Part shown: piece after piece, positions 28,133 to 36,955 of the stretch
Numbering within the stretch: position 1 is the stretch's first letter
Layout of the letters: each line of letters begins with the position of its first letter
Origin: Candidatus Nomurabacteria bacterium
Lineage (GTDB): Bacteria; Patescibacteriota; Minisyncoccia; Phycocordibacterales; UBA9973
NCBI GenBank assembly: GCA_943350445.1
Contig: CALRAE010000001.1
Coordinates: 29,561 to 93,560 of the forward strand
Reading direction: 5' to 3'
Length of the DNA: 64,000 bases
The notes under the pieces: model-generated
What the model saw: the letters and a program-made list of their open reading frames with translations, nothing else
Told to the model about the DNA's origin: nothing
Databases searched by the model: none
Translations under genes and position numbers: made by a program

Positions 28133-30898
28133 ATGCAAGGATCCTTTTTTAAGGAGATGCCAAAGTTTAAGACTCCAGAAGAGGAGCTTGGTTATTTGCG
28201 TGCTCATGTCGCTAAACGCGAACAAGAATTAATCCAAATAGGTCATTTTGAAAATGCGAAAGAAAATGCAGTCCATGATGTTGTGGGAGCTTATAAAGAA
28301 ATTCCATCTGAACAAGTGGTGCATGATAGCCACATCATAAATCAAAAAGAAGCACAGGGGATAGTGTTGGCTCTAAAGCCGGAATCTCATGATAATGTGA
28401 TGGAAGAGCTTCTCGGTATTGTCATTACCAAAGGCATCAAGAATGCACTTAGAGTGGTAGAAGTCATGGGTAATCCCCACATCGATGATGATTTTCATAG
28501 ACTTTTAATTCAATATTTAAAAAATGGACAAATAATAACAGATCTAAAAGAGGGCACACCCTTACACAAATCACTCAATATGACGCTTTTTGAAATAACT
28601 CTTCCGCCACCCACAGAGCAAGCTGATAAGTCAAAAGGTTTTAAGGAATTCATTGGCGCGATGGAACAGTTTTATGCCGGCATGCAGTCTATATCTGTAG
28701 ACAAAAGAAATGAAAAAGAGATTTATTTTACCCTAGAAGTTGCTCTTTCAAATGAGAGTGATGCAGTAGTTGTCTATGCTGGAATTCCAAATAAATATAT
28801 CTCACTTTTTGAAAAACAAATTCTAGCTTTCTATCACGATGCAAAAGTTCATGAGATTACTGATGATTATAATATTTTTAATGACAATGGCGCATCTGTT
28901 GGGGCCTATGCGCATCTTGCAGAGCGTGGTGTGATGCCCATCAAGACTTATGACAATATAGAGCATGATCCAATGAATACTATACTAAATGTTTTTTCTC
29001 AACTAAAGACCAAGGGTGAGGGTGCAGCGATTCAGCTCATAGTGGCACCTGCTGGTGATAAATTTATAAATGAATTTCATTTAATATTAGACGATGTAAA
29101 AGATGGAATGTCTGTTAAACATTCAGCAGACAACTTCTATAAATTTAATAGTGCATTTCTCAAAGCTGGCAAAGAACTTCTCTTTGGTATAAGAAAAACG
29201 CCAGAAGAAAAGAAAGAAAAAAATATGAAAGGTAGACGTGCGGTAGACGAGGGTGCGGCCGAAAAAATAGGAAATAAAATAAAAAGCACTATTATGAAGG
29301 CGAATATTCGTGTTATCGCCTCTGGTGGGACAAAAGAACGCGCAGAAGCTATACTACAAGAAATAAAATCTTCTTTTAATCAATTTACTGAAGCAGCGAG
29401 TAATTCATTTATTTTTGAAGAAGCTCGCGGAAGTGATTTAAAAAAGCTTTTCCATGATTTTTCCTATCGTGCTTTTTCGGGGGATAAAGTTATGCCACTT
29501 AACTTAAAAGAGCTTGCATCTGTATTTCATTTCCCAGTTGGTATAGGTAGTCAGCCACAATTAAAAGAGGCAAAAGCTGGCATCGCGCCAGCGCCAATGG
29601 AGATGGGTCAGCAAGGAATAGTTCTGGGTATAAACAGCTATCGAGGTAAAGACACTGAGATTCATCTTGCACGTGAAGACAGGCTGAGGCATTGCTATGT
29701 TATCGGTCAGACGGGTACAGGTAAGACAAATATAATGCTGAACATGATAACTCAAGATATCAAAAATGGTGATGGGTGTTGTTATGTTGATCCACACGGT
29801 ACAGATATTCAGACTATCCTTTCTCGTATTCCAAAGGAACGCATCGATGATGTTATCTATTTTGACCCTGCTTATACGGCCCGACCGATGGGTCTCAACA
29901 TGTTGGAATTTGATCCAAAATATCCTGAACAAAAAACTTTCGTAGTAAACGAAATGATGGGAATTTTCAATAAACTTTTTGATATGAAAGTGGGTGGCGG
30001 AGCAATGTTTGAACAATATTTTAGAAATAGCGCGTTCTTGGTGATGGAAGATCCAGAATCTGGTTCTACTTTACTTGAAATCACGCGAGTGCTCGGGGAT
30101 AAAACGTTTCGTGATATGAAGCTTGCTAAATGCAAGAACCCAATCATTAAACAATTCTGGGTTTCGGCTGAGCAGACGACGGGGGATCAATCTCTCGCGA
30201 ACTTCGTGCCTTACATTTCTTCTAAATTTGACAATTTTATCAGCAACGATATCATGCGTCCGGTTGTGCTCCAGCAAAATTCTGTCTTCAATTTTCGTAA
30301 GATTATGGATGAGAAGAAAATATTACTAGTCAATCTTTCTAAGGGAAGACTTGGTGATATAAATGCGAATCTTATCGGTCTGGTGCTTGTCGGTAAAATC
30401 CAAATGGCAGCACTTTCTCGAGTTGATATGTTCGGTAAGCCGATGAATGATTTTTATCTATATATAGATGAGTTCCAAAATGTAACTACCGACTCAATAG
30501 CTTCTATATTGTCGGAAGCGAGAAAATATAGACTCTCGCTGAACATTGCCCATCAATACATCAGCCAGCTCGAAGAAAAGATAAAAAATGCAGTTTTCGG
30601 TAACGTCGGCTCAATGGCTGTTTTCCGTGTCGGCACAGAAGACGCGACTTTCTTAGAGGCAAAATTTAAACCCCAATTTACTGCCCAAGATATCACCAAG
30701 CTTGATAATTACAATGCTTATATGAGCATGCTGGTAAATGGTCAGCCGACCAAGCCTTTTAACTTAAAAACCCTTGCGCCAGAGAAGGGCAACATGGACA
30801 TCGTCGACAGCCTAAAAGAGCTTTCATATATAAAGTACGGCAGAGAAAGGGAAGAAGTAGAAGCTGAAATTATGGCGAGGTATAAGTCGATGGAGTAG
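28133..30898 (+). CDS. large soluble ATPase with TraD/TrwB/VirD4-like (type IV coupling protein) C-terminal domain and ~480-aa N-terminal region of unknown function
   Basis: Walker A CYVIGQTGTGKTN, then VDPHG, Walker B LYIDEFQN, then RKYRLSLNIAHQYISQL (TrwB-like). No TM helices predicted. Confidence 0.6.
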   Translation: MQGSFFKEMPKFKTPEEELGYLRAHVAKREQELIQIGHFENAKENAVHDVVGAYKEIPSEQVVHDSHIINQKEAQGIVLALKPESHDNVMEELLGIVITKGIKNALRVVEVMGNPHIDDDFHRLLIQYLKNGQIITDLKEGTPLHKSLNMTLFEITLPPPTEQADKSKGFKEFIGAMEQFYAGMQSISVDKRNEKEIYFTLEVALSNESDAVVVYAGIPNKYISLFEKQILAFYHDAKVHEITDDYNIFNDNGASVGAYAHLAERGVMPIKTYDNIEHDPMNTILNVFSQLKTKGEGAAIQLIVAPAGDKFINEFHLILDDVKDGMSVKHSADNFYKFNSAFLKAGKELLFGIRKTPEEKKEKNMKGRRAVDEGAAEKIGNKIKSTIMKANIRVIASGGTKERAEAILQEIKSSFNQFTEAASNSFIFEEARGSDLKKLFHDFSYRAFSGDKVMPLNLKELASVFHFPVGIGSQPQLKEAKAGIAPAPMEMGQQGIVLGINSYRGKDTEIHLAREDRLRHCYVIGQTGTGKTNIMLNMITQDIKNGDGCCYVDPHGTDIQTILSRIPKERIDDVIYFDPAYTARPMGLNMLEFDPKYPEQKTFVVNEMMGIFNKLFDMKVGGGAMFEQYFRNSAFLVMEDPESGSTLLEITRVLGDKTFRDMKLAKCKNPIIKQFWVSAEQTTGDQSLANFVPYISSKFDNFISNDIMRPVVLQQNSVFNFRKIMDEKKILLVNLSKGRLGDINANLIGLVLVGKIQMAALSRVDMFGKPMNDFYLYIDEFQNVTTDSIASILSEARKYRLSLNIAHQYISQLEEKIKNAVFGNVGSMAVFRVGTEDATFLEAKFKPQFTAQDITKLDNYNAYMSMLVNGQPTKPFNLKTLAPEKGNMDIVDSLKELSYIKYGREREEVEAEIMARYKSME

Positions 30899-30949
30899 GA
30901 TTTTTATCTTAATTTTGCAAAAATATCTTTATCTGCTAAGATAAGACCT

Positions 30950-31423
30950 ATGAATAAACCAAATCATGAAAAATCTTTAATAATATTAAAGCCAGATGCA
31001 ATACAGAGAAATTTGATAGGAGAGATAGTCGGCCGTTTTGAAAGAAAAGGTCTTAAAATCATTGGTATGAAAATGATGAGTATCGAAACAGTTCTATTGG
31101 AAGAACATTATGCGCACATAAAAGACAAGCCATTTTTCCCAGGAGTTAGGGATTTTATGAAATCTTGTCCTGTTATAGTTATGGCTTTGGAGGGCATTAA
31201 CGCAATATCAGCGATCCGTTTGATAGTTGGTCCTACCAAGGCTTGGGAAGCTACTGCTGGCACTATCCGTGGAGATTTTTCTCTATCTACTCAATCAAAC
31301 ATTGTTCATGCATCAGAATCTGTAGAAGCTGGCGAGTCTGAAGTAAAACGTTTCTTCCAGAAAGACGAAATATTTGAGTATAAGAAAATTGACACTGATT
31401 TTATATACGCAGAGCACAAATAA
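30950..31423 (+). CDS. ndk: nucleoside diphosphate kinase
   Basis: 157 aa; NIVHASES active-site His region. Confidence 0.9.
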   Translation: MNKPNHEKSLIILKPDAIQRNLIGEIVGRFERKGLKIIGMKMMSIETVLLEEHYAHIKDKPFFPGVRDFMKSCPVIVMALEGINAISAIRLIVGPTKAWEATAGTIRGDFSLSTQSNIVHASESVEAGESEVKRFFQKDEIFEYKKIDTDFIYAEHK

Positions 31424-31475
31424 TAATTTTTTCGTTCGAAAATTAATTCAGAAACAAAAGATTCTTTCTGTCTAG

Positions 31476-31503
31476 TTGCATATGTCTCTAGTCTTGCTAT
31501 AAT
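31476..31503 (+). promoter_or_regulatory. near-consensus sigma70 promoter (TTGCAT-16-TGcTATAAT, extended -10)
   Basis: TTGCAT at 31476-31481 and TATAAT at 31498-31503, preceded by TG. Confidence 0.5.
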
Positions 31504-31509
31504 TTAAGT

Positions 31510-31666
31510 AGGGTTATTTCCGGTTATTACCTAGACACTAATTTATGGGAGAGTCGATCGTATTAAACCTTGGTTTAATACGTCTCTCACCCACCTAGCT
31601 ATAAGCTATGGTAATACATCTGAAATAGTCCTAAGAAGTACCCCCGATTTTACGGGGTTTTTTCTT
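31510..31666 (+). ncRNA. candidate ~155-nt structured RNA (sRNA or cis-regulatory leader) ending in an intrinsic terminator
   Basis: Strong promoter; rod-like nested pairing (UAUUACCUAG/CUAuGGUAAUA outer, GGGAGAG/CUCUCaCCC middle, 11-bp CGUAUUAAACC/GGUUUAAUACG inner); terminator CCCCCG-auuuua-CGGGG then U6; no ORF. Confidence 0.35.
31640..31666 (+). terminator. intrinsic terminator
   Basis: CCCCCG-attttA-CGGGG stem followed by TTTTTT. Confidence 0.6.
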
Positions 31667-31700
31667 ATCAGAAAGTCATTTTGTGTGATAAAATGACATA

Positions 31701-32105
31701 ATGGGCAGACAAAAGCTGATAAAACCACTGATATACCTCATTTCCTTTATTTTTATAACGAATTTCTTAGCTAATAAGTTCTACTGGTATTCAGCTGTAT
31801 CATATTTCGACATGATCATGCATTTTCTGGGCGGATTTTGGGTTGCTCTACTTTGTGTCTATCTTTATCCCTTCAAAGAAAAATCTCCAAATGTAGTTCT
31901 TGAAGTACTTGCTTTTGTCTTACTTGTCGGGGTCGGATGGGAGATCTACGAAATGTTGGTTAATAGCGTTGCGGCCCAAAACCCTTTTGATTATTTAGAT
32001 ACAGGTTCCGATTTGTTTTTTGATTTATTTGGTGGGTCAATGGCCATTTTTTATTTTTATAAAAGAATTATGTTTGCTAAAGAAAATGGGGTACAATTAA
32101 AATAA
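31701..32105 (+). CDS. hypothetical membrane protein, possibly VanZ-like
   Basis: 134 aa, 4 TM; DYLDTGSDLFFDLFGG resembles the VanZ motif; weak. Confidence 0.3.
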   Translation: MGRQKLIKPLIYLISFIFITNFLANKFYWYSAVSYFDMIMHFLGGFWVALLCVYLYPFKEKSPNVVLEVLAFVLLVGVGWEIYEMLVNSVAAQNPFDYLDTGSDLFFDLFGGSMAIFYFYKRIMFAKENGVQLK

Positions 32106-33469
32106 TGGAAAAGACTGCAAAAATAACGTTTTGTGGAGGGACTGGTTCTGTAACAGGAGCGAATTTCCTCTTCGAAGTTGATGGTAAGAAAATTTTGGTT
32201 GATTGTGGTCTTACTCAGGGGACGAAAGTGGCGGATGATATAAACTGGGATCCTTTTCCCTATGATTCAGGACAAATAGACACCCTTTTTATCACCCATG
32301 CACATGTGGATCATTTAGGGCGTGTCCCTAAACTTATCAGTGAAGGATTTCGCGGGAAAATTTATTCTACCGAGCCTACACGCGGTCTTGCGGGTCCAAT
32401 GCTCGAAGATACTGCGGGGATATTGTCGAAAAATACGGAACTGCATTTAGATAAAATTTATTCTCCGGAGAACATTAAATTAGCGCTTTCTTTATGGCAA
32501 GGATTTAAATATCACGAAACAATAAAGATAACTCCAAACTTGGAAGTGTCTTTTTGGGATGCTGGGCATATATTGGGTTCAGCCATGGTTTTGTTTAGTT
32601 ATAATAGCAAACGTATTCTTTTTACTGGAGATTTAGGCAATAGTCCTTCGCCGATTCTTCCTGACACCGAAATTGTCCCAAATGTGGATTATTTAATAAT
32701 GGAGTCTGTTTATGGTGATAGAAATCATGAATCACGAGATGATCGTATAAAGTTTTTAGAGGAAACAATTGAAGATAATTATAAAAGGAAGGGGACGCTC
32801 ATTATACCTACTTTTTCCCTTGAACGTTCTCAGGAATTACTTTTCGAACTTAATTCCTTGGTGGAAAATAATAGAATTCCTGTGATGCCTATTTTCCTTG
32901 ATTCCCCACTCGCTATTCGTTTGACGGAAGTTTTTAAGCAATTTAAAAGTTATTTAAATGAAAATGCGCAACATGCAATGAAAAGTGATAAGTACCTTTT
33001 TGATTTTCCAGGCCTTCATAGCACCTTAAAATCAGAAGAATCAAAAATGATAGGTAATGTTACTAATCCAAAGATAGTCATTGCTGGTAGTGGAATGTCG
33101 ACTGGTGGACGTGTGGTGCATCATGAAAGGCATTACTTGCCTGATCCAAACAATACTCTTCTTTTGACAGGGTATCAGGCTGTAGGTAGTCCTGGACGTT
33201 TAATTCAAGAAGGGGTTAAAACAGTGCGTATAACGGGTGAAGATGTGATAGTTCGAGCACATATTGTGACAATTTTTGGGTATTCAGGGCATAAAGATTC
33301 CGATGGCTTAATGGCTTTTGTTGAAAATATGTCGGAAACATTAAAAAAAGTTTTTGTGGTTATGGGTGAACCTAAATCAGCAATGTTTCTAGTGCAGAAA
33401 CTTAGAGATAATTTAGGAATCAACGCATCTGCGCCAGAACAGGGGGATAGTGTAACAATTGTTTGTTAG
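32105..33469 (+). CDS. beta-CASP family MBL-fold ribonuclease (RNA-metabolising metallo-beta-lactamase)
   Basis: 454 aa; HAHVDHLG motif with downstream beta-CASP D and H motifs. Confidence 0.75.
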   Translation: MEKTAKITFCGGTGSVTGANFLFEVDGKKILVDCGLTQGTKVADDINWDPFPYDSGQIDTLFITHAHVDHLGRVPKLISEGFRGKIYSTEPTRGLAGPMLEDTAGILSKNTELHLDKIYSPENIKLALSLWQGFKYHETIKITPNLEVSFWDAGHILGSAMVLFSYNSKRILFTGDLGNSPSPILPDTEIVPNVDYLIMESVYGDRNHESRDDRIKFLEETIEDNYKRKGTLIIPTFSLERSQELLFELNSLVENNRIPVMPIFLDSPLAIRLTEVFKQFKSYLNENAQHAMKSDKYLFDFPGLHSTLKSEESKMIGNVTNPKIVIAGSGMSTGGRVVHHERHYLPDPNNTLLLTGYQAVGSPGRLIQEGVKTVRITGEDVIVRAHIVTIFGYSGHKDSDGLMAFVENMSETLKKVFVVMGEPKSAMFLVQKLRDNLGINASAPEQGDSVTIVC

Positions 33470-33472
33470 ATA

Positions 33473-34078
33473 ATGTATAATGTTATTATGGAACCTTTGT
33501 TAAATACTAAACACGGACATAATCAGATAAAGATTTGCGTTTCTGGCGCTGCTGAGACTGGTCACTGTGGGGTAGATGCTTTAGAAAAAGCAAAAGAACT
33601 CGGACGTGAAATTGCTCGCCAAGGTGCTGTGCTAGTGACTGGAGCGACGAATGGTTTCCCAATGTGGGCTGCAATCGGTGTTAAAGAAGTAGGTGGGATT
33701 TCTATTGGTATATCTCCAGCAGCTTCCGAAAAAGAACATGTTCAAGTTTACAAACTCCCTCTTGATTATATGGATTTGATTATGTATACCGGTTTTGGAT
33801 ATCCTGGAAGGGATTTACTCCTAACTCGTTGCGCTGACGCAGTCATCTGCGGTTGTGGGCGCATTGGCACTATCCACGAGTTTACTATTGCCTTTGAGGA
33901 CAATAAGCCTATCGGTATTTTTGAAGGACCATGGGAAATGGGTGATCAGCTTAAAGAAATTATTGACAAAGGACATCGTCCTAATACTAAAATTATTATA
34001 GGTAATAACCCGAAGAAAATAGTAGAAGATTTAATTGCATTAGTTAAGAAAGATAAAATAGCTGAATACAAAGTATAA
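33473..34078 (+). CDS. LOG/TIGR00725-like Rossmann-fold protein
   Basis: VLVTGATNGFPMWAAIGVKEVGGISIGISP and TGFGYPGRDLLLTRCADAVICGCGRIGTIHE resemble LOG-family motifs. Confidence 0.45.
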   Translation: MYNVIMEPLLNTKHGHNQIKICVSGAAETGHCGVDALEKAKELGREIARQGAVLVTGATNGFPMWAAIGVKEVGGISIGISPAASEKEHVQVYKLPLDYMDLIMYTGFGYPGRDLLLTRCADAVICGCGRIGTIHEFTIAFEDNKPIGIFEGPWEMGDQLKEIIDKGHRPNTKIIIGNNPKKIVEDLIALVKKDKIAEYKV

Positions 34079-34105
34079 AAATTTCGTACTATTTTAATTT
34101 CGTTT

Positions 34106-34450
34106 TTATTTTACCGCTTCGAGAACTTTAGCGAAAGTAGTTGGATGATGTTCTGCGAGATCCGCGAGTATTTTACGATCAACCAAAATTTTCTTCTTTG
34201 AGAGTGCTCCCATGAATTGAGAGTAAGACATTCCAAGCTCGCGTGCACCAGCGTTGATCTTGATGTTCCAAAGTTTTCTATTGTGTGACTTCTTGTCTTT
34301 TCGGTGGGCAAAAGCATAGTTGCCAGAGTGCAAAAGAGCATCTTTTGCTTGTCGCTCCTTTGTGCTTCGTCCATGACGAAAACCCTTCGTCTGTTTTAAT
34401 ACGCTTCTTCGTCTCTTTAGTGCATGTACTCCCTTTTTTACTCTTGTCAT
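34106..34450 (-). CDS. rplT: 50S ribosomal protein L20
   Basis: 114 aa; MTRVKKGVHALKRRR...KLWNIKINAGAR motif. Confidence 0.9.
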   Translation of the reverse strand: MTRVKKGVHALKRRRSVLKQTKGFRHGRSTKERQAKDALLHSGNYAFAHRKDKKSHNRKLWNIKINAGARELGMSYSQFMGALSKKKILVDRKILADLAEHHPTTFAKVLEAVK

Positions 34451-34477
34451 GTTGTTTAATTAACTATTTATAAATTA

Positions 34478-34666
34478 TTAGATAAAAGGCATCAAGTGGC
34501 TCTTTGCTTTGTTTTTGATAACAAAATTAGCGCTTCTTTTGCCGGCTAATTGTTTGGTGCGTGATTGCTTTGCATTGAAATGGTTAAAACCAGGCTTTCT
34601 AGCTAAAATTTTGCCATTTTTTGTAACTTTTAATCTTTTTGAAAATGATTTATTTGTTTTCATCAT
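34478..34666 (-). CDS. rpmI: 50S ribosomal protein L35
   Basis: 62 aa, basic; infC-rpmI-rplT order. Confidence 0.75.
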   Translation of the reverse strand: MMKTNKSFSKRLKVTKNGKILARKPGFNHFNAKQSRTKQLAGKRSANFVIKNKAKSHLMPFI

Positions 34667-34670
34667 AAAA

Positions 34671-35219
34671 TTATTTCTTTTCGATTGTTGTTGTTAAACC
34701 TTTTGGACCCTTTTTATAACTATCGGAAACTTTATATTCTTCGGTGATTAAATGTAAAACTCGATCTAAGCGTTCTCGCAAAAACTTTTCATCCATGTAC
34801 TTTGCGCGTCCAGCGAGGAAGAGTTCCACTTTTACTCGATGTCCTTCCTTGATCCATTTCGAAGCAGTTTTTGCTTTTAGTTCTAGATCGTGATCACCGG
34901 TACCTATCTTTACCTGGATACCTTTCGTCTCTGTTTTATTCGCACCAGCCTTAGCTTTTTTTAATTTCTTATTAGCTTCGTACTGATACTTTCCAAAATC
35001 CATCACTTTTGCGAGTGGGGGATTAGCATTTGGACCTATCTCAATCAAGTCCAAACCTTTACTTTGCGCCAATTCCAAAGCGGCTTTTATGCTCAAAACA
35101 CCGAGATTTTTATTTTCACTGTCTAAAACCCGAAGTTCCGTCGCCCGTATTTGGTTGTTTATTCTTTCACGCAATTTATGTAAATAAAACCTAGCAAGGT
35201 TTTGACACCTCTGACTCAT
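34671..35219 (-). CDS. infC: translation initiation factor IF-3
   Basis: IRATELRVLDSENKNLGVLSIKAALELAQSKGLDLIEI and C-terminal domain; true start may be a non-ATG codon downstream of the annotated Met. Confidence 0.85.
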   Translation of the reverse strand: MSQRCQNLARFYLHKLRERINNQIRATELRVLDSENKNLGVLSIKAALELAQSKGLDLIEIGPNANPPLAKVMDFGKYQYEANKKLKKAKAGANKTETKGIQVKIGTGDHDLELKAKTASKWIKEGHRVKVELFLAGRAKYMDEKFLRERLDRVLHLITEEYKVSDSYKKGPKGLTTTIEKK

Positions 35220-35415
35220 AAGAATATAGCCTATTACAGGCTTAAAGTCAACAGGTTGTTGTTGTGATACTCCGCATATAAAAAGATGCCTTTTTTATGT
35301 TTATAAATAAAATTCACCCAAAGCCGAAGCTCTGAGTGAATAAGGGAGTTACTAGTTCCCTTTGATGTGTCCTAATAGGTAGCACTTTCGGCACGTCCTA
35401 ATTTCTGTGGAAGAT

Positions 35416-35592
35416 TCTATTTCCTGAGAAAAAAAGGAGGATTTTTTGCCTGCTTACGTTTCTCTTCAGCGTTGAACTCACTGGCGTGAGCGTGTTTGCA
35501 AAAGAATAAACCGTATTCTTTCACTGCTTTGTTGACGGGAATTTTCCGTCTACAAGATTTGAGATGGCATTTAACGATCTTGAATGCACTCA
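35416..35592 (-). CDS. possible 58-aa zinc-finger-like small protein
   Basis: MSAFKIVKCHLKSCRRK...FFCKHAH has C-x4-C...C-x-H-x-H; weak RBS; unannotated because under 60 aa. Confidence 0.2.
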
Positions 35593-36029
35593 TAGGTTTT
35601 TTCCGTTAAGTTTTTTTGACCTAATCAGTTCAGTTGTATAATTTCCTGTTCTGACTTGAGTTGATTAAAGGTAATTTTCTCAATATTGTTTTCGTTACCT
35701 TCTTCCAATTCTAAGGCAAGTTCGACTCGTAAGTCCCACTTGCCTTTGCGATGCACTGTGACCTCTATTGTGATTACATTTTCCACAACTAGCCTTTCTC
35801 TTTTGTTTTCGAACAGCCAACACTTGTTATCTATTATATAACTTTAAGGCAAATTGTTAATTTCCCTTGGATTTAATACTCTTATTTTTTGTGGAACTGA
35901 CGAGAATTGAACTCGTGTGCAGAAGGCTTTTGCATTGAAGTCTACATATATAGCGCGCTTTTTTGTTTAGATTAAAAAATTCTTAAACGCGCCAAATATT
36001 TTTAAATCGAGTTCCTTTGTTTTGCACTA

Positions 36030-36347
36030 TTGGCGGAACGGTCAATATGCTATCCCGATAATATTATGCCTCTACTGATATATCGGAAGTCTATAAGAGA
36101 GACACGAGCTTACGCTAAAGCGGAAACTCGAGCAAAAGCGAAGTCATTCATACCGAAGTATGGAGAGACAGCCGCTTTTACTTTGGAAGCTAATTTTGCA
36201 ATTAAGCTATTGAACGAAGTTTTACGAGATTACGTCCATTCTCGATATGCATCAAATACATACGGCCTACTGTCTATGCCTAGCAGTCCCATGTTATTAG
36301 AAAATACGGAATATAAATTTTTCCGGTACGAATTTTTTGAAGCTTAA
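36030..36347 (+). CDS. hypothetical protein
   Basis: 105 aa; no recognisable domain; stop codon lies inside repeat copy B. Confidence 0.3.
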   Translation: MAERSICYPDNIMPLLIYRKSIRETRAYAKAETRAKAKSFIPKYGETAAFTLEANFAIKLLNEVLRDYVHSRYASNTYGLLSMPSSPMLLENTEYKFFRYEFFEA

Positions 36348-36410
36348 AAAATTCTGAAGTTCTCGGCTCGTCAGCCTACGAAACCCCTGCAAAACTTATA
36401 TTCCGCATTT
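36326..36410. repeat. ~85-bp dispersed repeat, copy B
   Basis: Matches 330-415; palindrome GAATTTTTTGAAGCTTAAAAAATTC carries a compensatory G:C to A:T change relative to copy A. Confidence 0.6.
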
Positions 36411-36427
36411 TCTTATTTTCAAAGTTC

Positions 36428-36880
36428 TTATTCCTTACCTCGCATATCTCGACGAATCTCACGATCCGTCTCGCGCTTCTTTGTAGTCTCACGCTTATCA
36501 AATTTCTTCTTGCCTTTAACTAAAGCAATTTCTACTTTGATTTTTCTACCTTTATTATACACTGAAATTGGCACAATTGTCAAACTCCTGTTTTTGGCGT
36601 TGCCTGCCAGCTCAGCAATTTCCTTTTTAGTTAACAGAAGTCTTCTGTTGCGAAGTGGGTCATAGTCTTTTGGAGTATTTTTGGCTTGATATGGTGGAAT
36701 GTTCGAATTTATTAAGAAAGCTTCACCTCCCCGAACTATTACAAAAGCCCCTTCAAGCGACATTTGTCCTCCTCGTACAGACTTTACCTCCACGCCCAAA
36801 AACTCAATACCTGACTCGTATTTTTCAATGATTTCATAGTCAAACCTCGCTTTTCTGTTTTCAGCGTAATGGGACATCAT
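36428..36880 (-). CDS. smpB: SsrA-binding protein SmpB
   Basis: 150 aa; conserved SmpB core with basic C-terminal tail. Confidence 0.9.
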   Translation of the reverse strand: MMSHYAENRKARFDYEIIEKYESGIEFLGVEVKSVRGGQMSLEGAFVIVRGGEAFLINSNIPPYQAKNTPKDYDPLRNRRLLLTKKEIAELAGNAKNRSLTIVPISVYNKGRKIKVEIALVKGKKKFDKRETTKKRETDREIRRDMRGKE

Positions 36881-36955
36881 TACATGATAACATTTATGTT
36901 AAAATTAAGAATTAAAATATTTCACTTTCTTTCTTTTTTATGTTAATCTGTATCA

